Origin: Isurus oxyrinchus
Lineage: Eukaryota
Assembly: GCA_026770705.1 (NCBI GenBank)
Contig: JANJGN010000034.1
Span: 5,642,001 to 5,706,000, forward strand
Direction: 5' to 3'
DNA length: 64,000 bases
In this document: piece after piece, positions 28,401 to 43,400 of the stretch
Layout: every line of letters starts with the position of its first letter
Position numbering within the stretch: the stretch's first letter is position 1
The notes under the pieces: model-generated
Database searches by the model: none
What the model was told of the DNA's origin: nothing
Seen by the model: the letters and a program-made list of their open reading frames with translations, nothing else
Position numbers and translations under genes: made by a program

Positions 28401-31400
28401 TTACCTGGATAAAACATGGAGAAATTGGCCTCTTCAGTTATTCACAATAACGCAGACACTACACAAGTGTGCTCACATAGCACTGGCAAGGCCAACTCCG
28501 AGATTCCAGTGGCAAACACAGTTTAAAACCAACCCACACAACCACCTCCACTTCTTAAACAACGACCCGCAGCTCCATGGCTATGCATTCTGTCACAGTA
28601 GATGCGAGTGTGTTATTGTTAGCTTATAAGGTTGAAAGATAGGTGCGTGACACATCACTCTCTGCTGATGACTCATTGTTTATATTAAAATTTAATGACA
28701 TAAAGTTAGAGACAGGAAATTAGACATGCACATTTTTTTTAATATTGCAAATGTATATGGTCATGTTAGCATTAAGGATTACACAAAGAAGCTGCAATGA
28801 CATAATGACAGCTGACGTGCATGGGAAACAGAATGAACTATATTATGAAGTGTGAGGATATTCACTTTGGCATTAAGAACAGAGAGAGGAAAAATAGAAA
28901 TGTCGCTACGTTTTGAGGATGTGAAGATTGCAAGTAATGACAGTGACAAATATTCAGTCTTTTTTTCGGAAATGCAACTGAAATTTCCCATTCCGTTATC
29001 AAAAGGATTGTCAAGGATTAAATTTTTATTCAATTTGGTACAAAGGATTGGCACGCAAGAATAAGGAAACCTGGCTACAATTGTATGATATTACCTAACC
29101 ACGGTGTGCTCTCCTGATGTGGCTAAGCTGGTGGAGTAGGAACTTAATAATCTTTACATCATATGCCAATTACTGCTGTTAATTGCGGGAGAGTTCCCTA
29201 CTCAGCCATATGTTGAAAAGAAAAGGGTAGACTCGAACACAACTATACATAGATCCGGATTACAAAATACATGTTCATTATCTGTAGCCACATCAGTCCC
29301 ATCGGTTATTGGTGCTCTTGGCTAGCCAGTGTGTATCAGCTTGGTGCCAATAGTGTCTGACAGAAGTTCTGGCTGAAGAGAAATTGGTAACTGTTTCCTT
29401 CGCCTACCCGTGGGGAAGTTTTGGTGATGTTGTTCACACCTGCCCGATACCCACTAAATAAAAACAAAGACGATGCTTGTATTGGAGGCTACACACTGAA
29501 AGGTCACACGATTACATTACAGAATCAGACTGTTCAGATTCTTATAAAATTAAGCCTAAACACTCTGAAGAATGGGAGGTGACCGCCGTGAAAGATAAAC
29601 GATTGTTGACAGCTTTTAGCCAGAGTGAGTGAACAGTCTGGACAGGGAATCTAGAACACAGAGACACTGCGTTAAAATAGCAGTTATAGCATTTGGGACT
29701 GAAGTGAGCCGAAATGTTCTCACTGTAAGGTTTTCGAAACTGTAAAATTCTCCACCTAGATTGTTGTGATTGCTGAGTGTTCGTGTATGTTTATGTAGCT
29801 GGGGCTCAGATATTTGATCCCTCTGTGAATCAAATAACATGGCCTTGGGGTGGAAGAGTAAAGTTCAGGCATTCATTCAGCAGCGATGGTAATTAATTGA
29901 GAAGCATGACCTATTCCTTTTCATGTTTCTTTTGTTCTTATGATCCAAACTTTGCAAGACAGAGAATGGCATATTATTAAAAACGTAATTGTTTGATTTT
30001 TTTTTAGAATTAAAGAAGCTCAAAGAGATATTGAGAAATAAAGGTTAAAAAAAACTTATTGAATTGAATCATGTTTAACAATGTGTTTGGAATTCAGGTT
30101 TGTAAATTTTGCAAGACCTGCTTGAAGAAAAGAATAGAGAATGTAATTGAAGGGGGGAGCGGCGTGCATGTAGCTGGCCAGTCCTTAAAACCTTAAATCC
30201 CGATCTGGAACCAAAGACTAAATTAAAACAGTTTTTTTATCCAAGGAATGCCGGACCACAGACCGCCAGCACCTACAGCATTTGCGACGTTTCAGTGCCT
30301 GCTATATGGATATCCTGCGTTCTTCTGTAACCTTTTTTTCTGTTTACAATTTGCTCGTGAAATATAATTATTGTTGCGGAAGTGTACTTGTGTCTCCACC
30401 GTTACCTTTGTTAATGTCCGAATTCACTCTCCACTCCGGCAAGGAGGCATTGTTCTTAGAAAGGTTGGGCTGTAGAATAGACTTCATCCTCCCCCATAGC
30501 TACCCTACCCTATGAGAACAACATTGAACCTCATTCTCTTTTGTATTTTTTTTTATTCACAAAAATTCTAGCTGCAAACTTTACATTTGCTGATTCCTAA
30601 CGTTCCAAACCGGTTTCCAAAGATTGAGGTGCTTTTCAGAGGTAGTCACTTTTGTAATTTGGGCTACTCAACAGCTAAGGTTCCCAGAGGAAGCCCCCAC
30701 AAGCATCAGTGAAATAACCTCTCAATCTTCTGTTCATTATTTTAAAGTGGGAGACATGTAATAATTGGCCAGGGCTCTGGACAAAGTCAACTTCTTTAAA
30801 TTATGCCATGGCATACATTATAATGACAACAAAGAGCAGAAACGGGCTCAGAGTAAGGTTTTACCTAAACGTCAGCACGTCCAAAAGCGCAATTTTCCCC
30901 CAGATCATCCCAGCTGCTAGTGTGGCACTGACATAATACTGCTTTGTGGGTGTCAGTTTAGAATTTATATGTGAGTAGGCAAACCTCAGAATCAAAAGTA
31001 AAATCACTTTCATTGAATTATGCCTGGGCTAATTATAATAATTTATATAAATATAAGTATGCTCAAATATGCAACATGCTTAATACGAGAACCAGGCAGA
31101 AATAAACATTGTGCAAATATAAATTTGGGTTTATTAGTTTAAAACGACACATTGTATTGAATGGAAATAAAACTATTTTAGGCAAAATGACATGTTTTCA
31201 TAGAAACAGTTTTCTTCAAGATGACATGTGCATTGTATTATTAAGATTAAAATATAATTAACTACAAACATGAAATTTTATATCAGATGATCAGCTAAGT
31301 CGTTGTCAGCCTGGTAAGTGTTTACAAGTTATTTTATTTTGAGATTTGTTTTTGCCATAGAATCAAAGACTTTACTGTTTCAATTTCGTTTGCTTTTATT

Positions 31401-34400
31401 TAATCGGGACGCTTACATTTAACTAAAGATCATTATTCTTAGATGGCGACTTGGATAAAAAAAATAAAGGTGAGTAAACAAAAAATATTTATTTCCACTT
31501 TAAACAATCGCAAAACCCTTCACATATTTTTAGGAGTGATTGGTGACTCAGACTGGAAAGCGTCTGGGCCCAATTAGTTGTGTTATTTGTCTTGGACCTT
31601 TCCATTTAGACGTCATCATATTATAGAAATCTTCGAAGACTTTATACCATCTCGCCAGGCTGGATAATACAAATCTACACATTTGTTTGTTGACTGCAGA
31701 ATTAGAGGGGAAAAGAAAAGACGTAACAGATGGACAAAGTTGGATGTTTCACAAATTCAGCAAGGGATCTGACGTATTGAATGTAATATTAGACATTGCA
31801 TAGAACTTGAGTCTTGCTGTAGAAGGGAGATGTTGTTGAAACTTTTTCTGCTTGCATACATGAGGACAGATGGCAAGAATACCAATTGTGAAAGGGCACA
31901 ACAATTTCTTGCTTCATGAAAAGCCAGCATATAGACTCTGATTGGAAGGGCCCATGTTATTAGGGATTTAAAAGGGAATAGTTAACGGTCAAGAAGTTGA
32001 TTTTATCCTAAACAGTTAGGTTGAGTCGGATTTATCTAGGGTAACAATGGGGAGTGATCAAGGAAATTGTTGTCCGCTATGCTTCTGTTCAGTTCATAAC
32101 GATGGAAGGAATGGAGTTCTCATTCTGTTTGAAAATAAGAGGGGGTTGATCTGAATGTCATGTACCTTTTAGCATGCGTAACTGATGGTCACGAGACAGA
32201 CTGACAATCTTTCATTGCTTCTCAGTGTCATTTTTAACAAAATGAGGATTGCTTATCATTGTTCTCCAATCACAGGAACACATCTGATGTTGCATAGTTT
32301 TGTTTTTCTCTTGAGCTGGATAGCACGGCTAATTGATTACGGCCAGTAACCCTTTGTGAAAAGTCTAACAAATGTGCTGTTTAATATGGACAACCATCTT
32401 TCAGGAAATTCAACATTACCCAAGCACTGGAATAAATATATCAAAACTGGTTCACTAAATGTTGAGACTCCTTTCCTACAATGTAATCTGAGGTAGGCTG
32501 GGCACTTCTTACTTGGTCAACTCGTGAATTAACTTGATACACAGTGAGCACTGATCAGATTAGCGTTGCTGTTATCCACCACATTACCTTGAATAATTTC
32601 TACTTCGACATCAAGCTTGCATCGTGAGTGAATAGCTCTGGCCCAATTTGATATTCTTGTGTAGATGCCCTGGTGGGAGCACGGCCAAATGTTTCATCTG
32701 CATGTTTATGTTTGCAGCAATAGTCATGAAATATAAATCGTTTGCCATGGTTTTAATGATAATCTGCTGTCATCCATTCATGATGAAACAATTAATGTGT
32801 TTATCATATGATTCAGAAGCAGTGTGCAATTAAATTGTTATTCTCCAAGTTATATCATCAGTCTTCCAAGTCTGGATAATCTTGTACTCTATAACTATAC
32901 AAAGCATTTTATACAACTCTGAGCAAATCTGAGACAGTGACATCCGCTGCCTACAAACAGAGCTCTTGAATAACAAGGAAGGTAACTTTGCAAGAATGGC
33001 AACTGGTGTCAGACCCACTCACCAGCGCCAGAATGAAAGTCTGGGAGAAAGCCAACGCTGGAGAAACGTTTTTTTTTTTTTCTGGACTACTCTACTTCAA
33101 TGAAATCTCCTTGATTAGCATCGGAAGAATTCATATGGATGTATTGCATATTATCTTTAATTAAGAGGCTGAACAAAGGTATTTATTTCTCCTTTTAGTT
33201 TGACTGCTGATCGTCCAACACGATGTGTAAAACAAACTCTCCTCTTGCTACTTATTCATCTGATGTTGCGGATAAGCAAATATAATTTACATCAATAATG
33301 TTTGGAAGTTTTTGCAAACATGAGATACGTCTGATACTGAAATAATCTCTTGTCACCAACATAACCTAGAAAACTTTCATCAACAAATGCACAGTTTCTC
33401 TAGAATCCCACTTTGGAAAACCTTCTTCAGCTGTTTTCTATTCTTTATCTCTGGACAAACCTCAGTCAACATGGCCTTTACCATCTGGCTGAAAGAAACA
33501 CCTTAGTTCGAGTTCCAACAATGCTTATCATTTCAATTATTATTCTTGTCATCACATATCCTCAAAGTCTTGCATATCCTTTTGTCCAGAACATTCGCTT
33601 TGCCTTTATTTGAGGCTCCGAGCAAATAGCATGTATGTGAAACAACGCAAATGTCACCAAAACAGATGGAACAAAATTCCTCTTGACAGATGGAAAAGGA
33701 AATGATGGGCGATACAAATTCACTTGGGCACCCTAACTACAAAAGAAGATTAGAGAATACAGTGCCACAAAACTCTCTGCTACTTCAAGTTGACCATTAT
33801 GCAACACTGAATATCATAGTGACACGAAGACAGTGGCATCAGCTGCCTACTCTCTGTGCTCGGGAAAACATGGGCGGTAACATCCTCAGAGTGGCAGTTA
33901 GTGTCAGGGCCACTTATCACCACCTCCTTTTTTCCACGCCTGCCTCGTCTGACCTTCTGACAAAGGTATGGCGAGATCCTGGTGGCACAATTGTGTCAAA
34001 AGTCCAGCGCTGTCGTCCAACAACGTCGAATTGAAGTTGCACTCACCCCCTTTTTAGGCATTAGGTGCCCTTGAACAGATTAATTTTAAAGTCCCCCTTG
34101 AAATTGCCGGGCCAGCAAGACGGCAACTGGATAGGATTTATCCTTTCGTGTGTTCAGAGGACAGATGAGAATTGGGGAGAAATTTGGTTATCTGGAAGGG
34201 GTGGGTAAAGGAGCCTTCAGGAGGGGATCTGATTCGGACATCTGGAGATGGTTGTCGGGTATGAAGAATCCAATGTTTGCCAAGGGTGGGGGAGACCCCG
34301 TAAAGCCGGGGCTGTTGGGATGCACCCCTGGGGCCCGGATCATTGCATTTATTTTACCCAGAGGTTGGATGAGGTTTTGGTTCTTGAAACCTTTCCTTAG

Positions 34401-37400
34401 TAACTATTTGTGTAACTCTATCAGAAGCATCAGAAGTTTGCATTTTAATTCAAACTTTCGGATTTTTCCCAGCGCAGGCATCTTGCCTACAGTAAGTATG
34501 CGCTCCTGGGCAATTAAACATGCAAATTCAGATTTGTGAATTTCTATCCGGGATTCCCCAGCACACCTTTGGTTTACCGCCATTTCCAATGCTGGGGAAC
34601 TAGGAAGTTACGGCTCCACAGCTACGTGCCGTTAGAACCACAAGCCCACCCACCAACCACACCCACGCCTTCGCCGCCTAACGCCACAAAAACACGTAAA
34701 CACACAATTTCCTTTCCATGTCTCTCTCTTCTTTTAGCATTTAACATCTGCCTGGGTGACCTGCCAGTAGATCTAGTCACGTGGCTTCGTGTCAAAAATG
34801 ATCAGAATGCTCTCATTCCGATTCACACGATGTGTCACTGATGCAATTTAGACACCAGTAAAATGAGAGCGCAGGCTTCATAGTTCGATACCACCGGACT
34901 TTTCTTTCTCATTTGTTTTGTTACAAATAAGTGCTAACTCACAGTCGTTGACTTTCAGAACTTGAGGATCTTGCCAAGAAATTGGGTAAGCATTATATAA
35001 CAATTAGCTTGTAGCGCAGGTGCATTATCTACTGTGTAATAAATAATCACTTTTGTAGCTAAGAGGCCTCATCAGTGTTAAAAGGGTAGCATTTGCAAGG
35101 AAGTGTCCAACAAACATACTAATGACCATAGAATAATGCTGGATAGGTTGCCTTCTGAGACACAGGGGGTATGATTGAATGAAATAGCAACTCTGGTTTT
35201 GGAGGTTTGCATACCTTCCTCTTGATCCCCAAATACTAACTCTCTGTACATACAATATCAGCCAAACCATTTCTTGAAAATAAGGAATGGGCTTGAGAGT
35301 GTCGACGCAGAGATAATGATTCATCATGTGTGAGGTGCAAAAAGAGGTATGTGACCTTATGTTTACAGTAAATAAGACAATGTGGAAAACTGCTTTACTC
35401 GGCATGTGGATACAATGTCAAACTTGCGACTGAAAGGGGATATGGACGCCAAAAACCGATATTGGTCAGAAAACATATTTGGGAGCAGTGGAGATTTTTC
35501 CCAATGTCAGGCTCTGTGTTGTAAAATCTACGGAATTATCTTCAATATGTTTAGATTAATACACTGTTTGTCCTTATTGACCGTAATATTAGGGTAACAT
35601 ATAAATTTATATTTATTTTCACGGGCATTAAAAAATAAATAAATACATTTCGCGCCATGGATCGAAATTAGTATCAAATTGAATTTTGGAGTGACATTCA
35701 TCATCGTGGTACGGTCACATGGCTTCATTCTACTCATCCTAGGGTGGAAGAGTGATTGACTGCTAGGGCAAAATGATGTCATTTCCAAGTCCGCTTGATC
35801 CTGCAGAGTGGCGGGTTATATGTTTGAGCTAGTCAGTAATCGGGAAAAAAAGTACATGAGCAGAATCTGAACGAAGGGACAGAGGAAAAGCTGCTCAGTT
35901 TGTTTACAGTAATGGCTTAGCTGGTAGCTGCGAGTTCAATTACATGCAGTTTTCAAAATACAGTGTATTTACCATTGGAAGATCAGGGACCTGGGAAAGT
36001 GTATATGTGGGAATGAGTGTCATTGCAAGGAATGAAAACTAGTAACATGTATCATTGGAAAAGCTATAGGTCATACAGTCTCCTGAATAGATCCAGCCAT
36101 GGCATAACTTAATTGATGACCTCGACCTGATTATCACTGCTCTGGCTTGATTCAGCAACTCTTTATAAGGTTGCTCGATACTTTAAAAAAAACTTTAAAA
36201 TATATGATATTCACCCTTTCAGCAAAAGTTACGTGATGACGTTTTTCCTGATGACAACCTAAAGGCATTGTAAATATTATTCTCCTTGTTTGAATCTTAT
36301 TAAAAAAAGAAAAGTGGATTGACAAAGTGCACTATGCATAATGCGATCATGAAAAGTGCATATGAATATTTGGGAACTGTTTAATATGTAGTCTAGAAGG
36401 ATATAAATGACTGCTTGTTTCTCAGGTGGAGTATTGTTTATCATATTGAACACAACAACAGGATGCATGAAAAACTTCAAGACATTAAAGAATGTGCTAA
36501 GGAAGTTAGTAAGGATATTATTATATGCTATAGATAATTATGGCATGAGAGTGGATATGTCAATGCAGGAAAAAAATAAACAGCTCAGAGCGTTTTAAAA
36601 AATATTTTATTTAGATAAACAAATAGCATGAAATACCACCTTGCGGTTTACTAGGAGCGTTAAAGATAGCATTAGATCAGAAGAAAAAAACTTTTGGTGT
36701 TGCCCGGATGAATAGAAAGTGCCAGAATTAGGGATGGATATAAACCAGCAAAGATCGATCAAGCATTTTATTTAAGGACAAGAGCCGTGGTATGGGGTAG
36801 TGGTTGTGATGGAATATCAGAGTAAACTAGGCTCTAATGCAAGGGATGATTTCAAGTGTTGCCAAAGTAAAGGAAGAAGTTGGCTTAAGTTAATGTTGAC
36901 CCCTTCTAAGCCAAGAAGGGAGAAATTATTTTGAGAAGTAAGTTGACCTTTTATTTTCAGTTTGTCCTCACAGTAGAAGTTGCATGTCAGAAATAGAGCA
37001 TAACTTACGATATAACGGAATTGAGGAAATTGAGAATATTAATCTCAGCAGGGGGAAAAAAGGAAAAATGTTGAGAAACTTAAGGATCCAAAATCTGCTG
37101 GCCTACATATTACAGACTAGTTTCATTTAAGGTATAGGTGCAGAGGTCGTAGATGTGATAGCTTTAGCTTCCCAAAAGCAATACTTAATTTCATAAGGAT
37201 TCCATGAGCTTTAAAGTTGGCAAATGTAACACTGTGGTTCAAGAAGTTAGGGAGAGAGAATTAAGGGTAATAGAGGCCAGCTAATCTGCCTCCACTCATT
37301 AGGAATATGCAGGCATACAAGAAGACATAGCAATGCACTTAGAAAAGATAGACAATGATTACAAGAAGGCAATATGGCTTCATCAACGGAAAATCATGTG

Positions 37401-40400
37401 CAACAAATTAATTGAACATTTTCCAGGATGAAACTGATGGAGCTGATTAGGGGACAATTTGGATGAAAAAGAATTGCATTTATAATAGAGTTTCAACAAA
37501 ATGCCAGGCAAAAATGAGATAGCCAGTATGGTGGATCCTAGAGTTAGAGTAATGTATTTGCATAGGGAGAGAATTGATTAATGACAAGGAAGGAGGTAGG
37601 GGACATAACCTGGGACATACTGATGTTGCAAATGCTATGACTACTGGAGTGCAGCATCCATCAGTTTTGAGGCATGAGTTATTTAAAATATGTACTGAGC
37701 AATTAGATGACGAAACAACTACTAATGTTATTAAGTTTACTGTGGACACAAAGCAATGCTGAGAGAAAAGCTGTGGGGAAGGCACAGTGAGCCTGTGAAG
37801 GGGCATGGACAGATTAAATAAATTGCCAACGGGATGACAGATAAGTTATAATGCCTGGGAGTTCTAAGGTGTCAACTGGAGGAGGATCTGATAATAAAAA
37901 TAAACAGACAGAAGGCAGGCTAAGAGCGTAAGGTAGCAATGGGGGAAATGTTAATCAGAATAACACAGGTACATAATGAACGTACACACTTAGTACTGTG
38001 TCAAAAGGTAAGGCCAGAGTTTGTGAAAATAACGGCAAGACGGAATGAAGCGCGCTGTAGGTGAATACACAGAACAAACGGTAGATGGATTGATGCCATA
38101 CATAGAAGTAAACAAGGATGGTATAATTGCCATTCGCGGGACCTGTCTGTAGCGTGACCATGGTTGGGAACTATTTTTTCCACATTAAGAAATATCAACA
38201 ATTTGATAAGTAAGTAGTATAGCACTCTTCATTTGTATGGGTTTGATACATTGGTGAGAGAGGGTCTTAAATCTGAATATCATTATGTAGGATCCGTTTG
38301 AGTGGAACTAAGAGACAACAAGGTGCAGAGGAAAGCTGGTCTTTATTGTTTATGGGCCGCCAGAGAGTAGTGGTAACATAGAGAACGGTACAAATAAGCA
38401 ATTCAGAGGTTTATTTAACAAGATTATTGCAGTCAGTGGGGAGTTTGATGAACCTTTTGGTGAGGGAATCCTAATTTGCATTAAAATGGTGGAGGAGCAA
38501 ATTGTGGATTGTATGTGAGGGGAATTGTTTTCCAAATATTTTTGGAGGTGCCAACCCAATGATGAAACGGGTTAGTTCAGAACCTGTATTGTTGAATCAT
38601 AAAGCAACGATTAATATTGGTAAAGAAGCTTTATGGGAAGGGTGAACATAAGATGTAGGAATTGTTCATGAACTCTGTAAGTGATAGAGCTCAATGCTAA
38701 ACTATGATAAACAATCTAAATGTGAGCTTCTACGAAGATATGAGGGATAAAATTGACGGTGGAAGATTGGGAATCAACTTTGAAATGTGCAGCAGTAGAC
38801 ATGCAATGGATAGCAATGCAAAAAATAATAAGTAGTTGCAAACAAAAGCCTAGTAGAAAAGATCAATAAACAATTGTTAACAAGAGTATGTAAAATGCAT
38901 TACATCAAAGGAAGAAGTTTAGAGACGTTGCCAGAAATAATTAATAAATAGGAGGGTTGGGAGCAGTTTAGAATTCAGCAGCAATGCAGGATGAAAAAAA
39001 ATCAACTGTTAAACAAAGTGAAACAAGAATATCAAAATAGTCTGTCGAGAAGCATAAAGAATGCAATTCAAAGACTGATAGTAGTGCAAAGAGGACAACG
39101 TTATCAAAAACATAGTTGGACCGAATTCAGGAAGAGGCCATTCATAACGTCTATCTTCATGGAGGAAAATACAAATTAAAAAGTAACTTCCAAGGCAGCT
39201 GAAAGAACTAGCGAGATTAAGGAATGGAAACAAGTGATACTGAAAATAAATTAGTAGCATTGGAAAAATTTCTGAGAGTGAAACTTGATCACTTTTCTGG
39301 AAATACATTGCAACGTGAAAGGCGTGGCTTCTGAGATAATGTATGCATTGTTGGTCATTCCGCTAACCAGAACCCGAACTGGAGCAGCCAAATAACGACT
39401 TTGGCTGCCAGAGCATCTCGCATGTTTGGGATTCTGCGGCGAGTAACTCACCTTTGTACTCCTAAACCCTGTCCACAGCGTACAATGCACAAGGCAGGAG
39501 ACTGATGGAATACTCTCAAATTGCGTGAATCAGTGCAGCTCCAGCAACCTTCAGGAAGCTTGACATGCACAAGGACAAAGCTTCCCTCTTGAGAGACTCC
39601 TGATCCACCACCCTAAACATCCAGTCCCTCTACCAATGATGCAGCAGTGTGCACCTTGTACAAAAAGCTGTACAGCAACACACCGGGTCTTCTTCGATAT
39701 TACCTTACAAACTGGTACCAATTGTTTGGCAGCATCATGACATTCAAATCGGCCTCCAAGCCAGGCAAATTCCTCAGTTGGAACGTTCTGAAAACTTCCG
39801 CTGGGTCACAAGCCTGGACCTCCTTTCTCTCAAGACTGTGCGTGTTTGTTCAACTTGTGGACTAAAGAGTTTAATGGCGGAGGATAAGCACCACCTTCTC
39901 AAAGACAATGAGGCATAAACCGTCAAGGCTGGTCGAGCCAGCCAAATCCATATCATAAGTTAAATTATAAATAAATAAAACAATGGCTTCTGGAGAGATT
40001 CCAGCAGATAAGAATATAGAGTATGGAATCCCGCCGAGAAGAAAAGAAGGAGAAAGAAAAGAGAGCACTACACACCTGTCAGCCTGTATCAGTAGTTGGC
40101 AAAATGTTGGGATTTATTATAACGTGTCTGGTAACTGCATATTTAGACAATAATGGTAGGATTCAGGAGGCACATCGTGGATTTATGAAAGTGGAATGGT
40201 ATTTTACAACACCTTGATGTTTTTGGAGCATGCAGCTGGGCTGAGTAATCAAGGCAGGAGGTTAGAAAGCGAAATTCGAGCACAATAAATTTACATAATA
40301 TATTGGAATAGATTGAGATTTGCTTAACGGACAGAAAACAGATACTTAGGGTAAACAGGCTATTTCCATTTTTGAAGGCTGCCCTTAATGTAGAATCGCA

Positions 40401-43400
40401 AGGAGAAGATCTTGGACGCCTGATATTCACAGTTTAAATCAATATTATTTATTTGGGGCAGGATCCAAATTCCCAGGTACTAAACAGGTTATTGTACATG
40501 GCGTTGCAGCGTGGAAATGGTGCAGCGGTAGAATATCAGCCATGACAGAGAAAGACGGGAAAGGACCTAGGGGATGAAGACCCAATTCCTCTTGTTATGT
40601 TCTTTGTCGCTGTGCAGGACAAAAACAAAACTTGGTCCAATGCACGAATAATCAGCGTACTTGTAACAATATATTTAGCAACAGATGCAGAGTATTATGG
40701 CAGTACTATGATTGTGTTCTGATTTTCGAGACTATTTTGATTAAGATGATGATCGTTGATGCTGACGATGATTATTATTATAAACATTATTATTTCTCCT
40801 GCTTTTATGATTGTTATTATCTTCATTATTTTTCTTGATATTATTATTTGATGTACTTTTATTATTAATTTGAATATGTTTCTTTCCAGCTGAAGCAGTG
40901 CTGGCAAAAGATAAAGGTAGATTACATGGGCTTTAAATGAAACCACTGTGTTATTTACATAATTATGCTGATGTGGTATGCTGGTAAATGAATGTTATAT
41001 ATCTGGCATAATGAAACAAAACATGGTCGAGACTGCTGGAGGCCAAATGATTCAGACCAAGTTTATTGAAGAAGGAGTTTCTAATGTCAGTGTTCTGCCC
41101 CAAACCCAATCACTGAACGTAGCCATTACTTGACAGGGAGGGGCCTTATATATATAGCTCGTGAATATTACACAAAAACATGACTTCCTCGACTCTACAG
41201 ATGCCTAGATGCTATTGCTCTTTTTGTCAAGATTAGCAGACTAGGTCATTGTGTCAGAATACAAAATTGGCCATTTAGGACTGAGAAAACGACAGATTTC
41301 TTTACTCAAAAAGTCATGAGCCTTTGGGATTACCGCAACTAGTATCTGCATGCTAAAACCTCGAGTACATTCAAGATTTTTCGATGCAACTTTGGACACT
41401 AAGATAAAGAAAGGGTGGTGACAGGTCAGAAAGGGGCGTTGATGCAGGATTTCTCCCATGGCATTGTTGAAAAATGCGTTGTCAGAAGGGGCTGCATGGC
41501 CCACTCCTGCACATATTCTTTATGCAAACATTTTAACCCTATTCATCTGCTTCATTAGTCCTTCCGCTCAAAGAAAGTTTGAGAAAGTACCCTGAGGGTG
41601 TCCGCGCGATTTTTAGTAAGTGGGTGAATCAAGGATATTTGGAGAGTGAGCGCAAAAGTGGATTTGAGGCATAGTATTTTGTTATATTTGATTGAATGGC
41701 CAAGGAAACACGAAAGGGCATATGTTCCATTCGTACTCCTTTTTTAAACATTAATATGATTAAAGAGCTGGTCAGAGACAGGAGTACTGTGATGCACAGA
41801 GTATTTCACTCCAGCATGTAATTTTAAGTTTGTTATTAATTGATATTTAAAATAACTGAGGGGGTTAAACGGATATGATTGTGCATCCTATGACAATTTT
41901 TTGATCAGTAATAGATAAGAGTAAAGTGCACTAAAACATTGAAACAGAAGTTCCAATCTAAAAGACTGCTACATTGAATGGGCTGGGAAAAAAACACAAT
42001 CTGATTATGGCATGTGAAGATAGAGAATGGGGAGCGTACATTAAATCGATGCCCTTTATATAGATTTGGTGATAGCATTTTGAACAATAACTTGCATAAG
42101 GTCTTTACATTTTTTTATGCGGTTCAGTCTAATGAGGGTCAGTGTCAGTTATACTAAATCCATGTGAGGACAGCAAACAATGACTCGTGGCATTTTTGTT
42201 CATGTCAAATGATGATAGGCCGTGATGTTCCTAAAGGATCTGTGAAAGCGTGTCATTGGCAGATCAAATTTAATATAGAGAAGCATGGGGTGATGCAATT
42301 AGGCAGAAGGGGTAAGGAAAGATGGTATAACACGTGTACATACAGAGAGCAACATGGGTATTCATGTATATGGACAATAGAAGTTGGCTGCAAATATTGA
42401 GATTACAATTCCAAATATCACTGGATCATTTAGTCCATATTACATAGACACTAAGTACAGAAGCAGGCGTGATATGATGTAACTTGTAACTCTCCGGTTA
42501 GGGAAATTTATAAGAATCAGTTAATTTCTGATCACCACAATATTGGAAGGATGATAGAGCATTGTAGAGGAGATTTATCGGAATCGTTCCAGGAATGAGC
42601 ATGATCAGCTACAAGGTTAGTTTGGAAAAACTTACGTACTGATCATTAGAGCAAAGGCTATTGCCCAGTTATTCTACAGGCATGATAGTTGCATATGTTG
42701 AAACGTTAGACAATGGAGGGGAAAAATTCACAATGCTGGACTGTAGAAGAGGCGGGATTCATTTTGAGTTAAGGTTTTGGATAAGGGGCTCAGGGGGTGT
42801 GATTGGGAAGGGCTTGTGCAAGTGAGCTCTTGTAAAGCACGTAATAATGATCTGGAATATCCCGCCTCGGAGGGCCCTGCAAGCAGTGAGCACTAATTAT
42901 TTCAAAGGAACATTAAATGCTCAATCCAGGGACTTATATTTGCAGAGCTACTGATTAGCGCGAGATAATATGATTAATTCAGTTGCTTTATGGGATTGCG
43001 TATGGATTTCATGTACCAAATTGTGCCCGCCTTTTCTTCAATGATTGTACAAATATCTTAGTGGAATGATACCATTTAACATGGTGAAAGTAGGAGCCTA
43101 AGAGAATTGTTAAGTGAACAATATGCAGCTCCAAGATAGAAAATGGAGAGGCAGTATCACATAAGTTAACTAGGAATAATTATTCAGTATTAAAAGCGGA
43201 CTGAATCTCTGCTCGTAACAGATTGTTTAAATAATTTTACATACAAAATGTTTAGTGCACAGATGATTGCCAGCAAGGGTGAACAGAGGGGGAAAATCCT
43301 ACTTATGTCAAATGATGAATAGCCCCTCTGATCAGACTCAACATATTTAATAAGAACCGATGAATTAGAAGGAGGAGTATGCCTGTCGGCCCCTCAAGCC

